The notes below the pieces were generated by a model. It made no database searches. It was not told where the DNA came from and saw only the letters and a program-made list of their open reading frames with translations. Source: Dudresnaya verticillata (lineage: Eukaryota). Taken from it: 64,000 bases of DNA. The DNA lies in NCBI GenBank assembly GCA_977862235.1, contig OZ374561.1, forward strand, positions 1,984,001 to 2,048,000. Reading direction: 5' to 3'. Shown here piece by piece: positions 34,401 to 45,700 of the stretch (position 1 is its first letter; each line of letters begins with the position of its first letter). A program made the translations under genes and the position numbers.

Positions 34401-37301
34401 ATGAACACCAGCGCCGTCCAGCCCGCTGCAGAATCTCGCAATGTCCCAGAGCCTGCCTCGCCTGCAGCCCCGAACCACCACCACCCGCGCTCTGACCCGC
34501 CATCGCCGCTGTCCCAACCACTACCGCCATCACCACCACCACCCTCGCCACCGCCATCCCCGCCTGTGTCGAAGACGAAAATCTCCGAGGATGTTGTCAA
34601 GGACCGCATCCCGTTTCTGCCAAACACAGAGCATCTTTCCGCCACCCTGCCGTTCATTGACGAGGCCTGCTTCGATGCCACTTGCAGCGTCCAGAAGATT
34701 GCCGACATTTTTGCTTCCGCTATTCCGGAGCACGTCGAGCTCTTCGCACCCGAAATCAGCGTCCTGGGAAAGCATTGCTATTCTGCCTTCACCGACCTCG
34801 TCCTCCCAGCTTTGTGCAATGCGCTTGACGCCTATTCAATAACCCTCCAAGTGGACGTCGGCACAGAGCTGCTAGCAGTCGACATGTCAGGCCTCCAACC
34901 TGCAAGTGCAAAGCTTCTGGCCGTCACGGCAGTCGACGTCTTGGAGACCTGCCAAGCCGTCAACAGTACTCTACAAGCAACCTTGCAATCAGTCTATGGC
35001 GACATTCTGCACGCCATCATTCCCAAAGCCTCCTGGGCTTCTGACGAGTACAAGGTGCTTCTTCGCTTCTTTGATAGGTTTTCCAACAGTGGCTATCCCG
35101 AGCATCGCATGATGGCACACAAAGTCCTGGCGGGTATCAGTCTCATCGAAGTCGACCCTCAACGGTACAAAAGCCTTGTTGTCAGTAGAGTATTGAACAC
35201 CCTGCCAGACAGCGAAGATTTGGTAACGGCTTCAGCCCTCAAGTCGTTGTCGCATGTCTTTTCACGGACACCCAATTCTGTGGTCTTTGATCGACTTTGG
35301 TGGCAGATCTTGCAGATATGGGATAGTGACCTAGAAGCAAATGCCTTGGGACGAGCGGAGGCCGTTTCAGCTGCTGCAGAAATTATTAGTCAGCGCAAGC
35401 AGGAACGCGTGGTTGCGCGACAGAACGAAGCAGCATGGACAAGCTTTTATCGCTCTATTTGCCGATTTGCGATTGAAGTATCCACCAAAGACTTGCTTTT
35501 CGTTCCGGAACCACAATGTCGAGTTCTCTTGGAAATTGCGACAGCCTTCGGAATACTCACGTTGTATTCTTTCAAGCCATTAGATGTTCGGACAATGCGA
35601 GTGGGTATAGATGCCTTCACTGCTCTGTCAACCTGCAACGACGCGTCAATAAGGCAAAAGTGTGCTTTCAATTTACCCGGCGTTTCGCTTGCGTTTGGGC
35701 TTAGACATAAGCCCACATTGCTACGAATTCTCCAGCTCCTAGCGACAGATGAAGCAGATAACGTTCGGCAAACCATTGCAAAAGGGTTCCACGAAACATT
35801 TCGCTTCCTTGCGAATCGCCGCAATGTGGTTCATCTGCTTGAAATATTTGACACCATCTTAAGGGATGAATTAGCAGAGGTGAGAGTACCCGCTCTGCAA
35901 AACTGCAGTGCTGTGTTAGCTGTGCTGCGCCAATGCAACCAAGAGTTGAGTTGTGATCACCTTGTTGATAGTTTTCTCGTACCAACAATCGTGGACAGCG
36001 ACTGGAGAACGGGTGAGAAGCTTGTTCAGAACATCACCTCAGCCGCTGGATTCCTTTCGGCATCTTGGAAAGAAGATGAACTGATTCCTCTGCTTATACA
36101 AGTTTTCCGAAAGGGTGCCCCGCCTGTAAGAAGAGCAGCAGGGCATGGCATTGTCACAATGCTGCGGTCACTACCTGGTCTTCAAAACAGACGGAATGTT
36201 GCGCATGAGTTTTGTGCCAAGCAACGATTGGAGAGCTATGCACTTAGGATGGCGCTAGTGGAGACACTTCTTGACGCTATCAATGTTTTTTCGCACCGAT
36301 CATATCGCGAGCTATTCGCGAACCAGCTCTTTGAGTTGTCTAGAGACCCGGTGCCTTCCATCAGAATGAGAATCGCAGCAGACATACACAGACTGGCCCC
36401 TGCTTGTCAAGTAGTTCCTGCCTTTTTTGAGGCAATCGAAGCAATGGCGCGTGACGAAGATGTAGGGGTGCGAGCTGCAATGATCGGTTTCATTCAAAGA
36501 GCCTCGTCTTGTGTTCAAGACGCGAAGGAAAATGAAGAAGAAGACAAAAAGAAGCTAGAGTTCGAAATGTTCGGATGGGAAGACGGACTGAATCGAACAG
36601 CCCTCAAGGCTAACCCCGTGATGTCTTCAGGAATCGGGTCGCAGCTGGCAAAGCTGCTCCCTCGTCGTAGACAGGTGCGTAAGAGGGCACAAAGGGGAAG
36701 AATGCGGTTCAGTAACAGTCAAACAACACTTCCGGGCTCTGATATGCTTCCTGACAGCGAGGCGGGTGATGATATGCTGAGCGGCTTTGATGATGACGGT
36801 TTCCAAACAGGGTCCAAAGCAGATCTTGGGGAGCTTTTCGAGTCGGGAAACCAAATCACTTCAAGCATCCAAAGTCCAAGATTCCTGGCGCTGGTAGAGT
36901 TCTTTTCTGATGAACCAGAAAATGATCTCTCGTGCAGCTTAATCACTCCAGATGCCACCAAACCGGCTGCAGGTGATAATGGTAACGCTCCCTGGTCAGA
37001 TGACCAAGTAGCAACAGAGCTGGATCCTCTGGATTCGACGGCCGTTGCAAATGATGGACCTTCTGAATTGTTACTGACAGAAAAGACTCGACAGAGCCTC
37101 AGTTTCGCCCTAGCGCGCGAAGAAGATGTCGATCGTAGACAGAGCGATGTAACTCTTGGCTCCACAGGGACTCCGGATGGCCGACCGAAGCCACGACTTC
37201 AGCGTAGTTCTTCTCGGCTACCGCCCTCCATTGCGCGTTTGCTAAAATTTACGGGCCGCCGTCGAAACGGAAGTCCTGCGGAAGCTCGGAATTTGTCGTA
37301 A
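34401..37301 (+). CDS. HEAT-repeat Ser/Thr phosphatase regulatory scaffold, PP4R4-like (copy C, most diverged, inverted)
   Basis: CNDASIRQKCAFNLPGV, DEADNVRQTIAKGFHET, SDWRTGEKL, LSRDPVPSIRMRI and DEDVGVR in the same order as copies A and B. Confidence 0.75.
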   Translation: MNTSAVQPAAESRNVPEPASPAAPNHHHPRSDPPSPLSQPLPPSPPPPSPPPSPPVSKTKISEDVVKDRIPFLPNTEHLSATLPFIDEACFDATCSVQKIADIFASAIPEHVELFAPEISVLGKHCYSAFTDLVLPALCNALDAYSITLQVDVGTELLAVDMSGLQPASAKLLAVTAVDVLETCQAVNSTLQATLQSVYGDILHAIIPKASWASDEYKVLLRFFDRFSNSGYPEHRMMAHKVLAGISLIEVDPQRYKSLVVSRVLNTLPDSEDLVTASALKSLSHVFSRTPNSVVFDRLWWQILQIWDSDLEANALGRAEAVSAAAEIISQRKQERVVARQNEAAWTSFYRSICRFAIEVSTKDLLFVPEPQCRVLLEIATAFGILTLYSFKPLDVRTMRVGIDAFTALSTCNDASIRQKCAFNLPGVSLAFGLRHKPTLLRILQLLATDEADNVRQTIAKGFHETFRFLANRRNVVHLLEIFDTILRDELAEVRVPALQNCSAVLAVLRQCNQELSCDHLVDSFLVPTIVDSDWRTGEKLVQNITSAAGFLSASWKEDELIPLLIQVFRKGAPPVRRAAGHGIVTMLRSLPGLQNRRNVAHEFCAKQRLESYALRMALVETLLDAINVFSHRSYRELFANQLFELSRDPVPSIRMRIAADIHRLAPACQVVPAFFEAIEAMARDEDVGVRAAMIGFIQRASSCVQDAKENEEEDKKKLEFEMFGWEDGLNRTALKANPVMSSGIGSQLAKLLPRRRQVRKRAQRGRMRFSNSQTTLPGSDMLPDSEAGDDMLSGFDDDGFQTGSKADLGELFESGNQITSSIQSPRFLALVEFFSDEPENDLSCSLITPDATKPAAGDNGNAPWSDDQVATELDPLDSTAVANDGPSELLLTEKTRQSLSFALAREEDVDRRQSDVTLGSTGTPDGRPKPRLQRSSSRLPPSIARLLKFTGRRRNGSPAEARNLS

Positions 37302-38374
37302 AGGTCCCATCACTCTATGAAACGCTATCAACAAGAAATGGGAAATATGTAGTGGATATATCTAGTTCAGCGGGCGGCGACGCTAATATCCTGTTCGACA
37401 ACCTCTCAAGTGGACCGGAGCGGACGGCAACGGGATTTGGTCGAAGCTTGTATGGGTGCGGAAGCGATATCGTCCAGACTTTCAGCCCCTTGAAGATCTC
37501 CTCAAGCGCTTCCGTGTGTAGTTGTGCAATAGATTGGTTTGAAGCCGGGGCAAGAGAACCTCAGTGCCCATGAGCTTTAGAGAGGGCCAGATTTTGCGCT
37601 GATTAACATCCCATCAGACGAAAGAGGAAATGGAGCAGTTAAATGCTCTCATTTCTGTTTAGCCTTTCGGGAACCGTGCGAAACCGTCAGATAAGGACTT
37701 GAAAGCAATGTTTACGAAGAGGGAATCGTGATCATCAGAATTATGGGCATCATTGACATGACATAAATATTTGCTTCTTGCTGTGTGTGCTCGTAGCAGT
37801 GACTCACAGACTGCGACTCGTAAAGGGAAAGGTTAAAATGTTGAGACTTGTCGTCTTAACCAAACGCTCGGAGTGCCACGCCATTGCCACTTCTGCCGTC
37901 CTCGAATATACCGTGAACCGCTAATCATCACGGGGTTGGTCTCTGTGCCCGCCGGAAGAATCGATGCAATGTTTTGGTTAATTCCTGTGCATTCCTCGCT
38001 CCTTGACCGTCCCTTTAGGAATAGAAGTGCTTTCATGTTGGGGACGGGTAGATACGGTGAGGATCGCATCATCGTATCCATGGGTGTAGCGACCTACTTT
38101 CCACTGATGTCTAGTTATTGGTGCCGTTATTTCTGAATAGGCACATAACAGGTACAAATCACTAGCACACTTTGCAGGATGCCCGTGGATCCATTGCTTC
38201 CTTCCCTACGGTTGTGAAAGATTGCCAGCTTTCCTTTAAGCTGAACAAGACGGCAAAGACATGGGCCGCGACCGAGATCCATCCATACACCTGTCATCTT
38301 AAAAAAGCGCGGAGACAGGTGATTTATGGGTTCTATCTTCCCACTGCAAAAATCCGCACTTGAACAAGCGAATC

Positions 38375-39913
38375 TCAACCATCAACTCCATTTGCGCTCG
38401 GCTGGTGCTTTGGCCTAGGCACAGGAGACCACCTCGTGAAGTACAGTGTACCCAGAAGCGCAGCCCTCATGACCATCATTATGTTCAAACCCACCCAAAC
38501 AAACTGAAGTGGGAGCATATTAGTCCTCACGACGTACAAAAACGATGATGCACAGCATGCGGCAATAAAAATAGCTGTTGACAGAGAGGTGAACCTTCGT
38601 CCTGCTGTATAGATCCCGTCAAAAACAAATACAAGCCCATTGATGGGCTGCACAAAGGCCATGAACGGGAATGTAGCAGAGACCATTGTACGGACAGCCG
38701 GATTTGAAGTGAACACGGATGGGGCGTTATTAACCGCTAGCATCAGTAATGCAACAAAACCCGTTCCCATGGTGACGCCAAGCTGAAGGATGCGGTTCGC
38801 GGTCTTACGAGCGAGACGATAGTCCCCTTTACCCAGCGCGAGGGCGACAAGGGATTGTGCCGCAACAGAGATGGCATCGAGCAAACGTGCAAACAGGGCG
38901 AAGATCTGCCTCCCAATCTCGAAAGCAGCAACCTCAACAGTTCCCAACTTCGCAGCTGTGGCAGTTGCGTACGATATGGTAGAAAAAATAGACAGGGTAC
39001 GGACCGACAGGACGAGTCCCGTCCGCAGCAACGGGAAAATCTCGCCTGGGCGGGGGAGCTTGGTTAAGTCAACGAGGCGCAACTTGCGAGTGCGAACGAG
39101 CAAGGCTAGCAGGGAGGCGCCAGCGCAGATCTGGCCCGTAGCCATAGCAATACCTGCACCGCGGATGCCGAGTTTGAAGCCGAAGATGAGCGTAGGGTAG
39201 AGGATGAGATTCATCATGTTGGCAAACAAGCCAACAAAAAGGGGAGTTCGCGTATCCTGAAAGCCGCGGAAGGCACCATTTCCGACCATAGCAGCTAGAA
39301 AGAACGGTGCAGCAACGATGCGGGCCCGTAGGTATGGGACAGCCTGTGGTAGAATGGCTGGTGTTGCGCCGAAGAAGGTCACGACAGGATACGAAAACAT
39401 TGAAAGAGCTGCCATCGCAGATATGCCAGACACAGCGGCGACCCACAGTGCCTGTGCGATGAGTCGCGAAGCCTCAGCGTTATCTCCCCGCGCGTACGCG
39501 CGGGCGATGGCTGGAGTAGTGGCCATGCCCAGGAAGTTGAAGCAGGTGAACGAAAGGTTGAAGACATTGTTCCCTATGCCGACACCACCGAGTGCCGAGG
39601 CGCCCAGGTAGCCCACGCAGGCCATGTCTGCAAGAGCGACGAGCGGGTCCAGCGCGAGAGTGCCAAGTGCCGGGAGCGAGATGCGAGCAATGGCTTCGTC
39701 GATGGACTGTGGCGGGGCGGCATCCGGGACCGTAGTTGGCTTGGCCGGGGCATCTGGCGTCGGCGGGACGGTGGGCGGCGGCGGGGCGTTGTTTAGAGCG
39801 GCGGCACGGATGCGGCGCGCGGGGAGGGTGCAACGGCGGTGGCGCGGGGTGGATGTTCGCGACTGGCAGGGGCGCAGATGCGGCAGGGCCTGCGCGGTTA
39901 GGAAGGCGTACAT
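38375..39913 (-). CDS. MATE/DinF-type efflux transporter, probably plastid-targeted
   Basis: LPALGTLALDPLVALAD..VGYLG, GAFRGFQDTRTPL, LDAISVAAQSLVA, QPINGLVFVFDGI; N-terminus MYAF followed by an Arg/Ser/Pro-rich transit-like region. Confidence 0.92.
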   Translation of the reverse strand: MYAFLTAQALPHLRPCQSRTSTPRHRRCTLPARRIRAAALNNAPPPPTVPPTPDAPAKPTTVPDAAPPQSIDEAIARISLPALGTLALDPLVALADMACVGYLGASALGGVGIGNNVFNLSFTCFNFLGMATTPAIARAYARGDNAEASRLIAQALWVAAVSGISAMAALSMFSYPVVTFFGATPAILPQAVPYLRARIVAAPFFLAAMVGNGAFRGFQDTRTPLFVGLFANMMNLILYPTLIFGFKLGIRGAGIAMATGQICAGASLLALLVRTRKLRLVDLTKLPRPGEIFPLLRTGLVLSVRTLSIFSTISYATATAAKLGTVEVAAFEIGRQIFALFARLLDAISVAAQSLVALALGKGDYRLARKTANRILQLGVTMGTGFVALLMLAVNNAPSVFTSNPAVRTMVSATFPFMAFVQPINGLVFVFDGIYTAGRRFTSLSTAIFIAACCASSFLYVVRTNMLPLQFVWVGLNIMMVMRAALLGTLYFTRWSPVPRPKHQPSANGVDG

Positions 39914-40754
39914 GGCTGCGCGAGGAACCGCGCAAGGTAGGGAGTTCCGGGCAAGGGATGGCGTAATTTCGGGCGGTGAGGCGGGGGTGGCGCGCGCGGC
40001 GGGACGGCACCGTCGTCAAAGCAGAGAATATCCACGGAGTGAGAGAATACGCGGGCGAGATCGACGGGCGCCGGCCGGTGACGCGAGCACTCACTTTGGA
40101 GGAGACATTCCGTGTAACTGCCACGTGAGGTCTCAAATATCCGCTTTTTTGATCTCACCACCTTTCTGCGCCGCCGGCTTGCGAGTTCCGCCTCGCGCCT
40201 CACGTGTTGCGTGTGAACCATACCCTTTAACCCTATCTGCTACAGCCTTACTACAGCACGGTCGCGGAGCACACACAATGCTCCCAAACCCTCACCTGCG
40301 GGCATGCGACAAGGCCCTTCCTTCCCATTACTGTAGCCATTGCTTCACCAATCCCCGGTCGGCGGCCCAGTCAGCTGGTAGGTCTTTCAAGACCATTGCA
40401 TGTGTGCAACCTTACAGCATGCCCCTCATCTATACACAAAAGCACTACAACCAATAATAAAACCCTCATAACATGGTAAGCCCTGCGAACCCTTGTTTAC
40501 CCATTCAACGCTAAACGCTTGTTGATCGCGAAAGCAAAGCAAAACATAAATGTCAGAGTTCAAACACTTGTGATTCCTCTCTGTAGCAAGCGCTACATCA
40601 CTAGGCGTGTGAAATACGCATTCACTGTCTCAGAGTAATGGTTCTTGTGTTGAGTTCATCGCAGGCAAAGCCCACGAATCCTTATTAACGAGATTCAAAG
40701 TTTGCTCATCATAGACGCCTCGCAGATAGAAAATGACAGCAAACTCGCTTACCT

Positions 40755-41606
40755 TCAGAACACGGCGTGGTGCAAGACACCCTCCACCACTGCTTCAACA
40801 CCCTCTTTCTGGGAGACAAAAACCTGATCAAAGTCCTTTGCCCAATCCCCATCCTCATGTCCACAAATACCAAAACTTCCTTTCCCTTCCACGCAACTCC
40901 GTACCAGCTTCTCCCCACCAAATATAAATGTCGACTCTTCAGGTATTCGCAACATCATCTGGCAAAACCCGATCACCTCAGCAGCATTTCCCGCTGCTGG
41001 GGCAACCACCACCCGCTCCCCGCGCTCCCCGACGCGCGCTTTAATGCCCATTTCCTTCAGCTTGTTCTGCACCCTCTCACACACATGCTCAGACTTCCCT
41101 TTTGCCTGGTACGCCAGCTCATAATCGCCTCCCGGACCATCCGCATCATCTGCCGGTACAAGCTCCTCCCCAAAGAACTTCTGCACGACCCATGCAGCAG
41201 GCTTCGCGTCCCAGTCCCTTTGCACCATCTTGGCCCAGTACGGGTCCGGAGTACGGTACTGCCGTTGGTACAGCTCAGAGCCGTCGAGTGCCGCAAGAGC
41301 GTCAGGCTCGACGAGACTTCGCGCTCGAATCCCTTCCATACACTGCGTATAGTTTCGATGCGACGTATAGACTACATACGTGGTGTCCTGCGAAGAGCGA
41401 CGGTCGACCTCGACCCGCTCGGAAAAGGGTGTTAAGTTGGCAGATTCGTCGTGCAACAGCTTCGGCAGTTCTACCACGAGTAGCTTCGTCGCAGCACAAG
41501 TCACCGGCGCCCGCCGCCGGCAACGAGCGGCCCTGCCTCGACGCAGCTGTGGCGAAGGCAGTGGGGCGAGAAAGCAGGTTGCGTAGCGCGGCTTCCGGAT
41601 CGGCAT
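40755..41606 (-). CDS. Sucrose-phosphatase (HAD IIB)-like protein lacking the catalytic Asp motifs, with a transit-like N-terminus
   Basis: VVYTSHRN...LVEPDALAALDGSELY...PDPYW...WD and terminal EGVEAVVEGVLHH follow SPP; motif I reads LLVVELPKL instead of DxDxT. Confidence 0.65.
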   Translation of the reverse strand: MPIRKPRYATCFLAPLPSPQLRRGRAARCRRRAPVTCAATKLLVVELPKLLHDESANLTPFSERVEVDRRSSQDTTYVVYTSHRNYTQCMEGIRARSLVEPDALAALDGSELYQRQYRTPDPYWAKMVQRDWDAKPAAWVVQKFFGEELVPADDADGPGGDYELAYQAKGKSEHVCERVQNKLKEMGIKARVGERGERVVVAPAAGNAAEVIGFCQMMLRIPEESTFIFGGEKLVRSCVEGKGSFGICGHEDGDWAKDFDQVFVSQKEGVEAVVEGVLHHAVF

Positions 41607-42110
41607 CCTGCCGGTGGGCTGAGCATCGAGCGAGTATGTGGGTGTGAGGTTAGGGAGCAGGGGCACTACAGTGGTGCAGAGGTGGCTTCGTCGTTCTCGA
41701 CTAAACCTGTAGCCTGGCTGTCGGAGTTCAGGGTCAGGTTGCTAGAGTGAGACGTGGGCGACGAAGAGGCTCAAAATTTCAGACGAGCTCATTGAGCAGA
41801 TCTGGTATGTAATCACCACAAACTGGATTTATCCATATGCAATTGGATTAAGTGAAGGGCCAATGGGACTTGATTCGAGACGGTTTTGAGAGCAACGATG
41901 CTGACACCGATCGAATCGCAAAATAGCCGACGGGTTGAGTAATTCCCGGCCAATTGCTCTCGAATTGAACCGAAAGCACCCCAGTTACGAAGGCCACTCT
42001 TTGAACCTAGTGCCGACGCGCACGTCATCGGCTATCATCAGCATCGCAGGTGTCCAGTCTAGGCTATCCACGCCAAGTTCGCTTTCATTGTGCCTTCTAC
42101 CTGCTACGCA

Positions 42111-42722
42111 ATGGCTGCAGTGACTGGACCAAAGGCGGTGGTCGTTGCGGGGCCTTCGGGCGTGGGCAAGGGCACACTAATCAACAAGCTTCGAGAGGAG
42201 TTCCCGCGCCTCTTCGGCTTCTCTGTGTCGCACACGTCTCGCGCGCCGCGAGCGGGAGAGGAGAACGGCGTACACTACCATTTCACGACCGTCGAACAGA
42301 TTGTGAAGGACGTTGCTGATGGCAAGTTCATCGAGCACGCCGAGGTCCATGGTCGGTACTACGGCACCTCCATCGCCGCTGTAAAGACCGTTCGCAACCA
42401 GGGGAAGATCTGTATTCTAGACATCGACGTGCAAGGCTGCCGCTCTGCGCGTGCAAAGAAGCTACCCGCCACCTACGTCTTCGTCGCTCCGCCTAGCCTT
42501 GAGGAGCTTGAACGGCGGCTCAGAGGGCGTGGTACTGAGACTGAGGAGGCCATCCAGACGCGGTTCGGCAATGCGCAAAAGGAGATTAACGCAAAAGATG
42601 AGGCTGGGTTGTTTGATGCTGTGATCATCAACGACGATCTGGACAAGGCGTACAAGGAGCTGCGGAACCTGCTTATGCCGGATATTGATGCGGCTACGGC
42701 AGCCCAGGGGGTGTCCTCCTGA
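42111..42722 (+). CDS. GUK1: Guanylate kinase
   Basis: GPSGVGKGTL, FSVSHTSRAPRAGEENGVHYHF, YYGTS, ILDIDVQG, LERRLRGRGTET. Confidence 0.97.
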   Translation: MAAVTGPKAVVVAGPSGVGKGTLINKLREEFPRLFGFSVSHTSRAPRAGEENGVHYHFTTVEQIVKDVADGKFIEHAEVHGRYYGTSIAAVKTVRNQGKICILDIDVQGCRSARAKKLPATYVFVAPPSLEELERRLRGRGTETEEAIQTRFGNAQKEINAKDEAGLFDAVIINDDLDKAYKELRNLLMPDIDAATAAQGVSS

Positions 42723-45700
42723 CCATGAATGCACTATGACGACTGGAGCGGGTCGTGTGGTCAGGAACAGACTTGGTGGTCAGAATAGGCTCAAAACTGG
42801 TCCAAACTGATCGAAGCCAAGCTTCCGTTGGTTTCAGCGATTTCGTTTCTGTAGTGGAAGTGTACCTGTTTGTTCCTGCGGTATCGTGATATGTTAATCT
42901 CCGGCTGGGACTGGTGTGCAGTACACAAGGGTTTGGCGGCACAAAAAGCCAAGAAGAAGCTGTGTTGATACAAAGGGCTCAAACGCGACAGGATTAATCG
43001 AACGAGTGGAGGAATAAAAACGATGTCAACTGACGATCGTGTGTGGTAAGCGTAGTTTCGGCACTGTGCTTCGCTCTCTTTAACATGAGCTGGTCCAGTA
43101 AGAGGGGTTTGTATAGAGAGAGCTGCTCACAATCTGAGGCTTGTTGAGCTCAACACTGGTCCCACATGTTAATGCATGTACAATAGCTGCGTAAGCTGTG
43201 GAGCAGAGCGGTTGGGGGCTTACGTGCTTGTGCAGCACTAGAAAATTTGCACGCTTGCAGTGCGCAAACGACAGCTTGAAGGTTTTTGCACAGCGTGCGA
43301 AGCACTACAGTATAGTATTGCAGTCTTGTGTTCAGCTGACGGTCAAGTCCTGTAGATCCCATAGGGATTGTTCAAGCTGGGCGCTTTAGAGACGCTTCTG
43401 TGTGATCGCGCTTTCGCGCGTATAGCAACTCCAGGATGGTATTGTGCTGCATCATACTCAACTTGTTTTCACTGGGATAGACCTGCTCCTGTTCCAGCGA
43501 CTGCAGGGGTAATGTATGTTTCAACACACAAGTAAAAATGCAACAGACCTTCTGAAGGCGTTTGTCGACGGCATTTTGTTGGGAACCTACAGCAATTGGC
43601 CACCTGACGGCATGTTATCGGTAGGAATCTCTTGAGGAAGAGACGTCCGTTGATACTGAGAACGTGAAATGGAGAGCACTGTATGTGTGGCCCCTACACG
43701 CGGGCCTTACTCGGGCCGATTGCAACAGGATCGGTCGCGGGAGGACAGAAATCCATTCGCACGGGCGAAGCGGGCGCAAGCCCTTGGTTGCGGCTCGCTG
43801 AAGACAAGGCCCCGAGGAGCAGCAAATCCATACGTTTTGCGGCGCGTGCGCTGCGCGTGAGAATGCCGCTTACCGGGCTAAAGGGTAAAGGGCGGGTGAT
43901 GCGGCATGTAGGCAGAAACAGGGCGGGTTTGCGGGGCGGTTTCTGGCAGCATGCGCAAGCGGATCGTGTCGGTTGCGGGCGGTGCGAAAGGCCGCGGTGC
44001 GATGAAGCTGCGCTAACCATGTGGGATGTGAAATCACGCGCGGGAGGCGACTGTCGAAAGCAATGGCGGAGATCGAGCGGGTACCAACGATATGGCGAAG
44101 CACTTGCAGCGCGTGGGGCTGAGACGCGCCGCTGGTGCATGATTGGTGCTCAAGCAAATTCGCGAGCCCAATCGGTTTGCAGCGCGACTCGATCTGCAAC
44201 GGCGCTGCAGCTCCGGAAACCTCTCACGTTGGCTCGCGATCGCAGTTTGAATATGGGGCGGGAGCGTTCCAGTACGGGTTGCGGACATTATGTTGAGATT
44301 TTGTTCCACTGGTTCCATCTTGTCAGGCTTTTTGTTGGTGGCTTTCTCCGACGCCCACAAGTTGTTAGGGCAGAGGGGTTTAACCTAAGACAGTTCTGCC
44401 AAGGAGAGCTAAAAATAACGTTGTTTTTTCAACTTTTTGGCCTGTGCTGTAGCAGCAAAAAAATGAGCAGCGGGTCAAAGCAAGAAGGTTTTGGTAGTAT
44501 TGCGGGGCAACTGCCGGCCTGTGATTGCCCCTTCTTGTCGTTGCCACAGGCTGTGGAGGAAGAAGGGAACTGCTGGTGGGGCTGGAAAACACTTGGCCTG
44601 CTCTAGGCGTTTCGCGATGAAATATCAGACGATCTCAGCATTGGTCCGATCTTGAGTCTCGTGTTGAGCTCGTAAGGAAGTGGCCTGTGCGGTCACCGTT
44701 TGACTATCTGATATAACAGGCGCGCAATGGATTCTCGAATGTGCTCTTTTGTGCTCGGGGATTGAATGTCATGGAAATGTGAGAGTAGCTGCAAATGTCA
44801 AAATGGTGTCCCTGGAGACCCTGCTGGACCATGTGGTGGCCCGATGGAGAAGGTTAAGGGGAAGGTTTAGCAGCGGATATAGCCGAGTCGGTTTTGGCTG
44901 GAAGTGCTTTTTCAACGACCAATGACAACTGCCATAGGCGGAAAGTCGTGGCAGTGCCGCTCACGTCATCGAGATATGGAATGGATCGGGCCATTGCGGG
45001 CCTCAACATATGGCCACACTGACCACGTGGAGGATACACGGCGTGTTTCATGTCCTTTTTCAGTATTGTCAGCATTCTGCAGATCTCGACGTGTTGCAAC
45101 GGGAATGGCCACGCTGTTGCGGACACGTGTGGAATAATCTCAAGGAGTCGTCGGAATCAGCGCGGGATCGGTCTCCGGGCGAGAGTGCCCTGCGGAAAGC
45201 CGTGCCGTTTTCGCGCGCGTGCCCGAAAGGACCGACAGTGGTCCTGAGCTGCCGACATGTGCGGTGAGACGCGTCAGCATGTAAGGGTGGCCCAGCAGGC
45301 TGCACGATGGGTGGACGGTGGACCGTGCCTGCCACGCCTGCCCCATGGCAGCCAAAGTTGACTGCCAAGCGGGCGCGATGGAAGCTGGAACTGCAGTGCA
45401 ACGGGTGACTTGGTCCCGCTGTGTGCGCTGGACACGGCTCCACGCCTGTTATTTACGGGGTGGCGAAGCGACCTTGAAAACGGTGCGTTGCGTCGGGCCG
45501 CGAGACTGCCCGGGCCGCATGGCCCAGTGTGTGCCCCAGGCGGTGACCGCACACCGCCTGGTGCAATTTAATCATGTAATTTCTGCAGGAGAGCATGAAA
45601 AACACCGAAAAAATCTTGCTCTTGAGGCTGCTTCTGCGCACCGGCTCGCTGCTGCGCACTTCCAGAAGCGTGTGGAAGAAGCAACGTTGTGCAAATCATC

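Noticed and set aside
37208..37573. Shifted-frame ORF overlapping the stop of copy C, suggesting a frameshift extension
   Set aside because: No slippery heptamer or homology support; copy C ends at a position comparable to its paralogues
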